From: an uncultured Anaerolineales bacterium
GTDB taxonomy: Bacteria > Chloroflexota > Anaerolineae > Anaerolineales > UBA11858
Assembly: GCA_964419495.1 (NCBI GenBank)
Contig: CAYQQX010000008.1
Location: 163 to 64,162, forward strand
Reading direction: 5' to 3'
Length of the DNA stretch: 64,000 nt
Under the pieces are notes generated by a model that had not been told where the DNA came from, ran no database searches, and saw nothing but the letters and a program-made list of their open reading frames with translations. Shown here one piece after another: positions 18,301 through 27,381 of this stretch. Within the stretch, counting starts at the first letter, position 1, and each line of letters starts with the position of its first letter. The position numbers were made by a program, and so were the translations under genes.

Positions 18301-19923
18301 ATGGTGGACTATGATGTCATCGTCATCGGTTCTGGCGCGGGTGGGTTAGCAGCTGCTGTGCCCCTGGCTCAGGCGGGGATGAAAGTGCTGGTATGCGAGC
18401 AGCATGAAGTGCCTGGTGGGTGGACGCACTCATTTACGCTAGAAGGATATCGCTTTAGCCCGGGAGTGCACTATGTGGGTGGATTACATCCAGGCGGATC
18501 GCTGCGCAGGAAATACGAAGGTTTGGGTGTTTCCCAGGATTTAGCTTTTTGCGAAATCAACCCCGATGGCTACGATCACATGTTCATTGGCGAAGAGCGC
18601 TTCGATATTCCCAAAGGTCGCGATAACTATGCCAATCGCTTGAAAGAACGCTTTCCCCACGAGGCCACGGGCATCGATGGCTATATGGAAGCCGTAGCCA
18701 ATATGATAGAAAATCTAGAGAGCATTGCCCGGGGAACAAGGGGTGAACAGGCGGCAGCGATCCCCTCGGTGATGCGCTGGGCCATGAAGTCGGGGCGGGA
18801 GTTGATTGAGCACCATGTCTCTGATCCGCTGTTGGTGGCCATTCTGTGCGGCCAGGCCGGGGATCATGGTATGCCGCCTTCCGAAGTGTTATCTTTCTTG
18901 CATGCCGGGATTACCCACCACTATTTTGAAGGTGCATACTTCCCTTTGGGGGGTGGATTCGCCATCCCGCGCGCCTTTGTACGTGCCCTAAAGCGGGCTG
19001 GCGGAGAAATCCGACTTAACACTGAAGTTGATCAAATTTTACTGGAAGGGGATCGGGCCATCGGTGTGCGCCTGGTAGATGGGAGTGAAATCCGCTCGAA
19101 GTATGTCATCAGCAACGCGGATCCTGAAGTCACTTTTGGTAAATTGGTCGGTCGTGAGCATATCAGCGAAAAGCTGCGCCGCAGATTAGATAAGACGAAG
19201 TATTCCACATCGGCATTGAGCCTGTTCTTCGCTGTGGATATGGATCTGCGTGCCGCGGGGTTGGATTCAGGGAATTTCTGGTTCTACGACCACGACGATA
19301 TCGATGAGCTCTACCGCCTAGGGCGCACGGATAACGCCCTCACCGCAGATTACCCCCCGATGATGTTTATGACGGCCACCACACTAAAAGATCCCTCCAA
19401 GATGCACAGCGGACACCACACTTGCGAGGCCTTTACCTTTGTTGGCTATGACGCCTTCAAGAAATGGGCGCATGAAAAATCTGGGGAACGATCTTCAGGG
19501 TATCAGGGTTTGAAGGAAGACCTGTCTTGGAAGATGTTCAAAGCCATCGAGAAACGTGTCCCCGGGATCAGTGACCACATCGTTTTCTGGAACCTGGGCA
19601 CACCTCTGACCAATGAGCACTATATCAATGTCACCCGTGGAAGTTTGTACGGTATTGAGAAAAATCGCCGCCAAGTCGGCCCCAGGGCTTTTCCCGCTCA
19701 AACTGAATTTGAAGGCCTGTTGATGTGCGGAGCCAGCACTTCTAACTTCGGTGTTTCAGGGGTCACATCTACGGGGTTACAGGCGGCAAGTTCTATTCTT
19801 AATTGCTCTACCAGTGACTTGCTAAATCAAAACGGTCCTGAGTTGCAAATCTATCCTTCTGATGATATTTCACAATGGCCGGAGAATCTGCAAAAACGTA
19901 TAAAGTCTAGAGTTGAACGTTAA
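18301..19923 (+). CDS. phytoene desaturase (CrtI)-family FAD-dependent oxidoreductase
   Basis: Dinucleotide fold DYDVIVIGSGAGGLAAAVPLAQAGMKVLVCEQH. Length and C-terminal pattern fit the CrtI-like family. The ATG at 18301 has GGAGG 5 nt upstream. Confidence 0.8.
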   Translation: MVDYDVIVIGSGAGGLAAAVPLAQAGMKVLVCEQHEVPGGWTHSFTLEGYRFSPGVHYVGGLHPGGSLRRKYEGLGVSQDLAFCEINPDGYDHMFIGEERFDIPKGRDNYANRLKERFPHEATGIDGYMEAVANMIENLESIARGTRGEQAAAIPSVMRWAMKSGRELIEHHVSDPLLVAILCGQAGDHGMPPSEVLSFLHAGITHHYFEGAYFPLGGGFAIPRAFVRALKRAGGEIRLNTEVDQILLEGDRAIGVRLVDGSEIRSKYVISNADPEVTFGKLVGREHISEKLRRRLDKTKYSTSALSLFFAVDMDLRAAGLDSGNFWFYDHDDIDELYRLGRTDNALTADYPPMMFMTATTLKDPSKMHSGHHTCEAFTFVGYDAFKKWAHEKSGERSSGYQGLKEDLSWKMFKAIEKRVPGISDHIVFWNLGTPLTNEHYINVTRGSLYGIEKNRRQVGPRAFPAQTEFEGLLMCGASTSNFGVSGVTSTGLQAASSILNCSTSDLLNQNGPELQIYPSDDISQWPENLQKRIKSRVER

Positions 19924-19934
19924 ACGTTTAATCT
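19893..19934. repeat. degenerate heptamer array (NNNAACG/TTNAACG)
   Basis: aaaaacg tataaag tctagag ttgaacg ttaaacg tttaatc. It overlaps the stop of the CrtI-like gene. Confidence 0.6.
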
Positions 19935-19957
19935 TCAGCTCAATGCAGGCAGATATT

Positions 19958-20374
19958 ATGGTTGCGATTACACGTTTTGAAGAAATTCAAGCCTGGCAAA
20001 CTGCTCGACAGTTGACAAATCTAGTTTATGATTTTGCTGATTTGAGCGCTTTTGCCAAGGATTTTGGATTGAAAGATCAGATACGTAGAGCATCAGTCTC
20101 AGTGATGAGCAATATTGCTGAAGGGTTTGAAAGCCATACGCAAGCGCTGTTTATCAATTATTTGGGGAGAGCAAAGGCATCTGCAGGAGAAGTTCGGTCG
20201 CAATTGTATATTGCGCTTGACAAGGGATACATAACCCAGGAACAATTCAACGAAGCTTACGAATTGGCCGACAAGGCTTCTCGTCAAATATACCGTTTTA
20301 TGGTTTACCTTGAATCTCAGCCGAATGCTCGTCGGATCAGAGAGAATAATGTGGAGTACAATCTTGAACGGTAG
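19958..20374 (+). CDS. four-helix-bundle protein (23S rRNA intervening-sequence protein family, TIGR02436 type)
   Basis: FEEIQAWQTARQLTNLVYDF...DQIRRASVSVMSNIAEGFES....F..YLGRAKASAGEVRSQLYIA is the family signature. Start chosen at MVAITRFEE. Confidence 0.85.
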   Translation: MVAITRFEEIQAWQTARQLTNLVYDFADLSAFAKDFGLKDQIRRASVSVMSNIAEGFESHTQALFINYLGRAKASAGEVRSQLYIALDKGYITQEQFNEAYELADKASRQIYRFMVYLESQPNARRIRENNVEYNLER

Positions 20375-20398
20375 ACGTGCAACGTTCAACGCATAACG
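20364..20398. repeat. heptamer array (TNNAACG x5)
   Basis: ttgaacg gtagacg tgcaacg ttcaacg cataacg. It spans the stop of the four-helix-bundle gene up to the next start codon. Confidence 0.75.
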
Positions 20399-20404
20399 TA
20401 TTTT

Positions 20405-21424
20405 ATGACCACTGAGACACCACGATTTGTTTTTGCAGGGGAATTGTACCGAGATTTTTTCATCACGGCTGATGACAAGCCCATGGTTGATGTGCTGGGA
20501 GGCAATGTGCCCTATGCAGCTGTGGGGCTGAAGCTTTGGGATGATGCACCACCCCCAGGCATAATCGCCCGAGTGGGGGAAGATTACCCTCAACGCTGGT
20601 TGGATGATCTCACTCAAAGAGGCTTCGATACCCGAGGGGTGAATGTGCTCCCAGAGGCTGTCGACGTAAGAAATTTCTATGTCTATGCCGATAAGGCCAC
20701 CCGAGTCAAAGGTGACCCAGTCACTCACTTTGCCAGGTTAGGTGAACCGTTCCCCAAGGCTCTTTTAGGATATAAGGATTCCAGCGAAGCGCTTAACAGC
20801 AGGACTGAACTAACTCCCACATCGCTGCGTCAAGGGGACATCCCCGAGGTTTACCAGGATGCATCAGCTGTGCACCTGTGTCCTATGGATTATATGACCC
20901 ATAGCCTGATTCCGGCGATGCTGCGTCAAGGGGGTACTACCACCGTGACACTTGATCCTTCTCCAGGCTACATGAATGCCACATTCTGGAATGATGTACC
21001 CAGCCTGATCACTGGATTGACAGCATTTCTTCCAGCCGAAGATGATCTACGAGCGTTATTTGAAGGTCGCACTGATGATCTGTGGGAAATGGCCGAAGCA
21101 TTATCTACTTATGGATGTGAATTCGTTGTCATCAAACGCGGAGAGCGAGGCCAATTACTCTATAATGCCTCTTCCAAAGCGCGCTGGGAGATCCCTGCTT
21201 ATCCTGCACGGTTGGCAAACCCCACTGGGGTAGGTGATGCTTTTTGTGGCGGATTTTTGGCTGGGTATCGGCGTGCATATGACCCACTCGAAGCTGTGCT
21301 GCATGGTAATGTCTCGGCTTCGATTGTTTCAGAAGGCACGGGTATTTTCTTTGCCCTGGAAGTATTACCAGGTTTGGCTCGGGCTCGGATCGACTCGCTG
21401 CGTCAATCCGCTCGCAAACTCTAA
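20405..21424 (+). CDS. PfkB-family carbohydrate kinase
   Basis: C-terminal ribokinase/PfkB signature NPTGVGDAFCGGFLAGY. Confidence 0.8.
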   Translation: MTTETPRFVFAGELYRDFFITADDKPMVDVLGGNVPYAAVGLKLWDDAPPPGIIARVGEDYPQRWLDDLTQRGFDTRGVNVLPEAVDVRNFYVYADKATRVKGDPVTHFARLGEPFPKALLGYKDSSEALNSRTELTPTSLRQGDIPEVYQDASAVHLCPMDYMTHSLIPAMLRQGGTTTVTLDPSPGYMNATFWNDVPSLITGLTAFLPAEDDLRALFEGRTDDLWEMAEALSTYGCEFVVIKRGERGQLLYNASSKARWEIPAYPARLANPTGVGDAFCGGFLAGYRRAYDPLEAVLHGNVSASIVSEGTGIFFALEVLPGLARARIDSLRQSARKL

Positions 21425-22524
21425 TGAATATTACTCAACGCGTCCTCGAACTCGCCATTCAAATTCAACAAATCCCCGCGCCGACTTTTCAAGAAGAGCA
21501 GCGTGCAATTTTTATGCGCGATCTTTTCCGCGAGGAAAAGTTGCAGGATGTTGAGATCGATTCTTTGGGAAATGTGTATGCGCGACTTCCTGGGAAAGAT
21601 AATGGTGGCCCGGTTGTTCTTTCTGCGCACACGGACACTGTCTTCCCAATGGAGATTGATCTAAGTGTAAAGAGGGAACCCCATCGTATCATTGCTCCAG
21701 GTATTGGCGATAACAGCCTGGGTTTGGCTGGTTTACTTGGAATATTGTGGATGCTGCGAGAGCAGGAAATCGAACTCCCCGGTGATCTATGGCTGGTTGC
21801 CAACGTCTGTGAGGAAGGTCTGGGGGATTTGAAAGGGATGCGAGCAGTCGTGGATCGATTCGGCGACACCCCAATTGCCTATATCATCATCGAAGGAATG
21901 GCCTTGGGTCAGATTTATCATCGCGGATTAGGGGTGCAGCGTTATCGTATTACGGCTGAGACTCATGGAGGGCATTCCTGGGCAGATTATGGAGAACCTT
22001 CAGCCATCCATGAATTGGCCGCTCTGGTTACCAAATTGGGGAAGATTGACTTGCCAAAAGATCCCCGCACGACGCTCAATGTCGGCGTGATCTCTGGGGG
22101 GACTTCGGTCAACACCATTGCGCCGGGTGCCTCTTTGGAGCTTGATCTGCGCTCTGAGGATCCAGAAGCACTCCAAACTTTGATTAACAATGTCCAGGCC
22201 TTAGTTGAACAGGCCAATCAACCTCGGGTTCAAGTGAAGACTGAAATCATTGGTCAACGACCAGCAGGCCAAATCCCAACCGATCACCCCCTGGTAGAAT
22301 TGGCAAAATCCGCGCTGAGCGAACAAGGGCTTCAAGTGCATTTGAGCATTGGTTCCACCGATGCCAATATTCCCCTTAGCCGTGGCCTACCTGCGGTAAC
22401 CATAGGTTTGACGAGCGGCAAAGGTGCACACACTTCTAACGAATTAATTGAAACTGAGCCACTTGCACAAGGGTTAGAGCAAATACTTAGTGTTGTAGTT
22501 GGGGCATTCAACAATTTCAGCTAA
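21424..22524 (+). CDS. M20-family metallopeptidase/deacylase (ArgE/DapE/PepT-like)
   Basis: Motifs LSAHTDTVFP, GIGDNSLGLAG, EEGLGDLKG, GGHSW. Confidence 0.8.
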   Translation: MNITQRVLELAIQIQQIPAPTFQEEQRAIFMRDLFREEKLQDVEIDSLGNVYARLPGKDNGGPVVLSAHTDTVFPMEIDLSVKREPHRIIAPGIGDNSLGLAGLLGILWMLREQEIELPGDLWLVANVCEEGLGDLKGMRAVVDRFGDTPIAYIIIEGMALGQIYHRGLGVQRYRITAETHGGHSWADYGEPSAIHELAALVTKLGKIDLPKDPRTTLNVGVISGGTSVNTIAPGASLELDLRSEDPEALQTLINNVQALVEQANQPRVQVKTEIIGQRPAGQIPTDHPLVELAKSALSEQGLQVHLSIGSTDANIPLSRGLPAVTIGLTSGKGAHTSNELIETEPLAQGLEQILSVVVGAFNNFS

Positions 22525-22567
22525 CAGCAAAAATCGTCAAGTTTTAGCCAATTCGATCCAAAATTAG

Positions 22568-22679
22568 ACCAATTGCGCCTTGTAGAATCATGAATCGCAG
22601 CCGGGGTTTCCAAACCCCGTGAAGCGAGATTATGAAATCTCGACTACAACAATACATGGCACTTCATATCGCAATTGGT
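22568..22679. repeat. 112-bp hairpin-rich element bounded by a 10-bp inverted repeat, between convergent genes
   Basis: accaattgcg (22568-22577) pairs with cgcaattggt (22670-22679). Internal hairpins: CGGGGTTT-cc-AAACCCCG and CGAGAT-tatgaa-ATCTCG. It may act as a bidirectional terminator. Confidence 0.6.
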
Positions 22680-22680
22680 A

Positions 22681-23799
22681 TTATTTTAAATAGGGGTTGA
22701 GATCAGCGATTATTTTGCGAATAGTTGCTTCTTGTGTTTCAATGCTCTCTGTCAATCTAAACTGAGTTATGGCGCGTTCGAGATTATGCTCTGGGTATTT
22801 CACTTTGTAGTAAATATCCCCGGCCAAGTAATCTGCAAAAAATCGTAATCCCAATTCGAAGGTAAGCAAGCGGATGCTGTCATATATATAGGCATAGTCG
22901 TCGGGGGTTAAAAATTTATTGCCAACGGATGTGTATCCATCAAGGATCGCCTGCGCAAGATCAGTTTCAAAGCGTACCTCATCAATATTTGAGGGAGTTT
23001 CACCAAGTAGATTGCAGCTGGATCGCAGGCAATCACCAATATCGTACTGCACCAGCCCAGGTTTGACCGTATCTAAATCAATGATGCTGACAGCTTGCCC
23101 AGTCTCATCGCAGATCATGATGTTATCGACTTTAGGATCTCCGTGCATTATTCGAACTTGCAGCAACCCTTGATTTTTGGCATCTTCCAGTACCGATGCC
23201 CATTCCCAGCGTTCTGCGATCATGCGGTGGCAATAGCGAATCTCAGCTGAAGCCTTGTTTCGAAGGGGCTTGTTCATCACTTCATCATAGGTTTGCAAAT
23301 ATTGTGGCGTGATGTGAAAACCAAGCAGGGTGTCGTGGAGTTCATCTGGGTTGAGATCGCTCAGCAAACTCTGAAAACGCCCCAGGGCATAACCTGCTTC
23401 CCATGCATGAGCTTCGTTTTGAACAGTACCGAATGTGCGAGTATTTTCAACAAAACTGGAAGCTCTCCAGAAATTCCCTTGGGGATCGATAAAGTAATCA
23501 TCTCCTTGATGTGTGGGTATGATGGACGGCACATCCCAACGTCGGTGTGGATCATCACTTTCGAGTTTCAACTTGCCTTTGACATGCTCTGTGAAAACTC
23601 GCATGTTGGCAATGATCAATTTCGGTTGCTTGAATACATGCGTGTTTATACGTTGCAAAATGAAACACTCTTCATGAATTGAACTGACCAGATAGGTATC
23701 ATTGATATTGCCATCCCCAAAATCTCTGACATCTTCAATTTCCCCCATAAGCGCGAATTGCTCAGCGGCTTGCCATGCACTATTCATAAACTTATTCAC
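22681..23799 (-). CDS. aminoglycoside-phosphotransferase-fold kinase (N-acetylhexosamine-1-kinase-like)
   Basis: Catalytic loop IMHGDPKVDNIM and metal-binding IIDLDTVKPG. Confidence 0.7.
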   Translation of the reverse strand: MNKFMNSAWQAAEQFALMGEIEDVRDFGDGNINDTYLVSSIHEECFILQRINTHVFKQPKLIIANMRVFTEHVKGKLKLESDDPHRRWDVPSIIPTHQGDDYFIDPQGNFWRASSFVENTRTFGTVQNEAHAWEAGYALGRFQSLLSDLNPDELHDTLLGFHITPQYLQTYDEVMNKPLRNKASAEIRYCHRMIAERWEWASVLEDAKNQGLLQVRIMHGDPKVDNIMICDETGQAVSIIDLDTVKPGLVQYDIGDCLRSSCNLLGETPSNIDEVRFETDLAQAILDGYTSVGNKFLTPDDYAYIYDSIRLLTFELGLRFFADYLAGDIYYKVKYPEHNLERAITQFRLTESIETQEATIRKIIADLNPYLK

Positions 23800-25862
23800 T
23801 CTGCAATTTGGACGCGCACATCGACTGCCACTGCTCCCTGGCGCTTAGGTAAGACGCGCAGTGGATTGATTTCGATTTCTGCAATTTCAGGGTGTTCGGC
23901 AGCCAATTGCGCCAGTCGGAAGAGCACATCCAGCACGGCATCACGGTCGGCTGGGGGGATATTGCGGAACCCTTTGAGTTTGCGTCCCGCCCAGGTGCTC
24001 TCGAGCATTCGTTCCGCTTCGAGCATCGTCAGCGGCGCTAATCCAAATGCAATGTCTTTCAACCCTTCGACTTCAGTGCCTCCTGAGCCGAACATCATTT
24101 GAGCCCCAAATTGGGGATCTTGGACGGCGCCGACGATGACCTCTTGTCCCGAGGGAATCATACGCTGAACGTGGACACCCTGGATTTCTGCCTTGGGGTG
24201 AGCTGATCGCGCCAGTTCAAGGACTTCTTTGTATCCGATGCGAATAGCTGCTTCATCACCCAGGTTTAGTAGAACGCCGCCCACATCGCTTTTGTGCAAA
24301 ATCTCCGCCGAGGCAACTTTTAGCGCTACCGGCATTCCAACTTGCTTGGCGAATTCAACTGCCTCGTCAGCAGATTGAGCTAATTCCATCTTGGCATTGG
24401 TGATGCCGTAAACTTCCAAGAGCTTCGAGACTTCCGAAGTTTTCAAAACTTCGGAAGTCTGAACGGGTGTAACTGGATCAACCTCGGCAAACTTCAATAA
24501 TTCAGCACGCTCAACCAACGCAGCCAGTGCCGCGGCAGCGCGCTCGGCAAAGCGATATTCAGGCACATGCGCGGCACGCAGATGTTCTACCGCTTCCTGG
24601 ATCAAACGCTCACCCATCACCGCCACTACCACTGGCTTCTCAGCGCTGTGGATTATTGGAATGATTGCCTTTGCCACCGCTCCCGCGGTGAACATCGGTG
24701 GTGTGGGGAAGATGATCATGACATTGTCCACCCCTGGATCATCCAGAACAATGCGCAGACTTTCAGCGAATTGGCTCGGGGTGGCGGAAGCCAGCATATC
24801 CACTGGATTATGCAGACTAGCCGCCGGGGGCAGAATCCCAGCCAGGGCCGCGTTTGTGTCTCCACTAAATTTGGCTAATTCCAGCCCCAAAGATTCGAGC
24901 GCATCTGCGGCTGTGACTCCGGGTCCACCCGCATTTGTCAGAACAGCCACCCGGCGTCCCTTGGTCGGCGGGCACCAGGCCAAGGCGCGCGCCTGGTCGA
25001 ACATCTCCTCGCTGGATTCAGCACGCAGTACGCCTGCCCGGCGAAAAGCGGCATTATAGGCGCTCTCTTGCCCGGCTAGCGCGCCGGTGTGCGAAGCGAC
25101 AGCGCGTTGACCACCCTCGAAGCGCCCCACTTTGAGTGCAATGATGGGTTTTTCGCGTACCACCTGACGCGCCTGATCGATGAATTTGCGCCCGTCTTTG
25201 ACACCCTCCAAATACAAAGCCAACACGCGGGTGTAGGGGTCATCAGCAACTGGTGCCAGCATATCCGTTTCGTCGACATCGGCCTGATTACCCAGGCTGA
25301 CCAGCCGTGAGAGTCCGTAGCCTTGACCACGCGCCCAATCGATCACCGCCGCGCAGATGGCCCCCGAATGAGAAATGAAAGCTACATCACCAGGAGTAGG
25401 GCCAGGGGGTGGTAAGAAGGTTGTATCGATAGGAAGGTGCGTATCTAACAGGCCGATGCAGTTAGGACCAATCAAGCGAATGCGATATTGGTGAGCAATC
25501 TCCAATATCTCTTCTTCAAGTTTGGCGCCCTCAGTGCCTACTTCGCGGAACCCCCCCGAACCGATAATCGCCGCCTGAATGCCACGCTGACCGCACTGGC
25601 GCAGCGCGTCGGCGATGAAAGGCGCCGGGATCAGCACCGCGGCCAGGTCAACCGGATTGGGCACCTCGAGCACGTTGGTATAGATAGTTTGGCCAAGTAA
25701 TTCGCCGCCTTTGATGTTGACAAAATGCACCGCCCCCTGATAGTTGCTGCGCATCAGGTTGTTGGCCAGACCGTAACCCAGTTTGCTGGGGTCATGCGAG
25801 GCGCCGATGATGACGACGCCTTGGGGATTAAAGAATGGGATTAGGGATGGGTCGATAGGCAT
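23796..25862 (-). CDS. ADP-forming acetyl-CoA synthetase (acetate--CoA ligase family, fused alpha/beta, 688 aa)
   Basis: An N-terminal CoA-binding fold (FNPQGVVIIGASHDPSKLGY), a succinyl-CoA-ligase-like middle (GPNCIGL, SHSGA) and a C-terminal ATP-grasp domain. Confidence 0.85.
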   Translation of the reverse strand: MPIDPSLIPFFNPQGVVIIGASHDPSKLGYGLANNLMRSNYQGAVHFVNIKGGELLGQTIYTNVLEVPNPVDLAAVLIPAPFIADALRQCGQRGIQAAIIGSGGFREVGTEGAKLEEEILEIAHQYRIRLIGPNCIGLLDTHLPIDTTFLPPPGPTPGDVAFISHSGAICAAVIDWARGQGYGLSRLVSLGNQADVDETDMLAPVADDPYTRVLALYLEGVKDGRKFIDQARQVVREKPIIALKVGRFEGGQRAVASHTGALAGQESAYNAAFRRAGVLRAESSEEMFDQARALAWCPPTKGRRVAVLTNAGGPGVTAADALESLGLELAKFSGDTNAALAGILPPAASLHNPVDMLASATPSQFAESLRIVLDDPGVDNVMIIFPTPPMFTAGAVAKAIIPIIHSAEKPVVVAVMGERLIQEAVEHLRAAHVPEYRFAERAAAALAALVERAELLKFAEVDPVTPVQTSEVLKTSEVSKLLEVYGITNAKMELAQSADEAVEFAKQVGMPVALKVASAEILHKSDVGGVLLNLGDEAAIRIGYKEVLELARSAHPKAEIQGVHVQRMIPSGQEVIVGAVQDPQFGAQMMFGSGGTEVEGLKDIAFGLAPLTMLEAERMLESTWAGRKLKGFRNIPPADRDAVLDVLFRLAQLAAEHPEIAEIEINPLRVLPKRQGAVAVDVRVQIAE

Positions 25863-25870
25863 AGTTTTTT

Positions 25871-26263
25871 CTATTCTTCATCCTCTCGTTTGATCACAAT
25901 ATCATCTAATGAAAGATTCAACGCTTCAGCAATTGCCTGTAAGACTTCGGTTGTGCCAGTGCGCTTCCCCGTTTCGATTTGGGAAAGGTATGGCGGACTG
26001 ATCTCGGCAATCTGAGCCAGTTGATTCTGAGAAAGGCCGTGATATTCACGCCACGCTTTGATGGGGTTAGCTCCATCGGCAATAGCATAAACTAATTCGG
26101 CTGGTACTAGCTCATCCTCCCCACTTTCCAGCACAGCCTTCGCCGCATCGAAGTCATGGATATCTTGCAACATTTCAGCTTCTTCTACTAGCCGTAGGTA
26201 AGTTTCATAAGGCAGAACCGCCCATTCAGGTTGTCCATCCCGTTCAATAATTTGTACGCTCAT
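25871..26263 (-). CDS. antitoxin with a C-terminal XRE-type HTH domain
   Basis: HTH LSQNQLAQIAEISPPYLSQIETGKR. It overlaps the upstream toxin gene by 4 nt (ATGA). Confidence 0.8.
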   Translation of the reverse strand: MSVQIIERDGQPEWAVLPYETYLRLVEEAEMLQDIHDFDAAKAVLESGEDELVPAELVYAIADGANPIKAWREYHGLSQNQLAQIAEISPPYLSQIETGKRTGTTEVLQAIAEALNLSLDDIVIKREDEE

Positions 26264-26523
26264 CGGTATACATCTCCACGAGAACCAATTTTCAAAATCA
26301 ATATTATCAGCATCTCGTCTTTAATTTCATATATTACACGCCAATTACCAATTCGCAACCGGTATCCGGCCCGTTTTTGAAGTTTCGAAATATTTGGATG
26401 TTGGGCATGTGGGTTGGCAGCGAGTTGTTCTAACTTATCTTTGATCACTCGCTGGGTATTACGAGGTAATTTATAAAATTTCTTTGAAGCCTGTTTGGTG
26501 AATACAACCTTATACATACTCAC
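26260..26523 (-). CDS. RelE/ParE-family type II toxin
   Basis: YKVVFTKQASKKFYKLP....RVIKDKLEQLAANP......KLQ...GYRLRIGNWRVIYEI.D..LIILILKIGSRGDVY. Confidence 0.8.
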   Translation of the reverse strand: MSMYKVVFTKQASKKFYKLPRNTQRVIKDKLEQLAANPHAQHPNISKLQKRAGYRLRIGNWRVIYEIKDEMLIILILKIGSRGDVYR

Positions 26524-26527
26524 CCCC

Positions 26528-26557
26528 TATATTAGCATAGTGCTAATATAATTTCAA
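26528..26557 (-). promoter_or_regulatory. sigma70-like promoter with an overlapping palindromic operator for the TA operon
   Basis: On the minus strand: TTGAAA (26552-26557), a 17-nt spacer, then TAATAT (26529-26534). A perfect 10-bp inverted repeat, tatattagca-tag-tgctaatata (26528-26550), covers the spacer and the -10. Confidence 0.6.
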
Positions 26558-26609
26558 TATTGGATTTGCAAAGTGCGGAGTCGACTTTCTTTGTCGACTT
26601 CGCAATTCC

Positions 26610-27376
26610 TTAAATATAAAACTTCTCTTTATCTACTTCTTCCCTAAGAATTTTCAACTCTTCCTCGCTTGGTGGCGGATTTTCCTCAACTTCGTCAGCG
26701 AGCAGCAACTCAAATCCTGTACACTCCAACACTTCTTCCACAGTGACGCCCGGTTGTGTAGCCAGCAGCATCATACGTTTGGATTCTGGATGGAAACCCA
26801 GCAAGGCCAAATTTGTGACCACGCGATAGGGACCAGTGTTAGGTGGTAAGCCAGCAGCTTCGCGCGCCCCCGGACCACTTAGATACCCAGGTGTGGTAAT
26901 GAAATCCACTTTTGGAATGAAGCGGCGCTTGTCGTGACGCATGATGGCAATCGTTTGCCAGCAGTGCGAGCCGACATCGTTGCCGCCGCCGCTGCCCGGT
27001 AGGCGCACTTTGGGTTTGTAGAAATCGCCGATCACCGTGCTGTTGAGGTTGCCATAGGGGTCGATTTGCGCGCCGCCGATGAAACCATATTCGATATGGC
27101 CCCTCCCGGCAGCCTCGATGACGTCCAGTATTCCCAGTGCTGAAAGTGCCCTGTGGAAAGAGCGTCTTCCACCCACAGCGACAGGTAAATCATCCAATAT
27201 AGCGCCCATGCCGCCAAATTCAAAGATGGTTGTCAAGTTTGGGGCGTGCATCTTTTGGGCTAAGGACGCCGCCAGCATGGGGATGCCGGTGCCGATGAAA
27301 GCTGTTGAATCATCAGTCATGAGGCGAGAGGCGGTACAGATCAACATTTCGTTGGGGTTGTAGTTTTTCTCTGTCA
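26610..27376 (-). CDS. CoA-transferase subunit B (3-oxoacid/glutaconate CoA-transferase family)
   Basis: The family pattern runs through FIGTGIPMLAA ... SGGGND. Start chosen at MTEKNYNP (27376), which avoids overlap with subunit A. Confidence 0.8.
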
Positions 27377-27381
27377 TTGCA

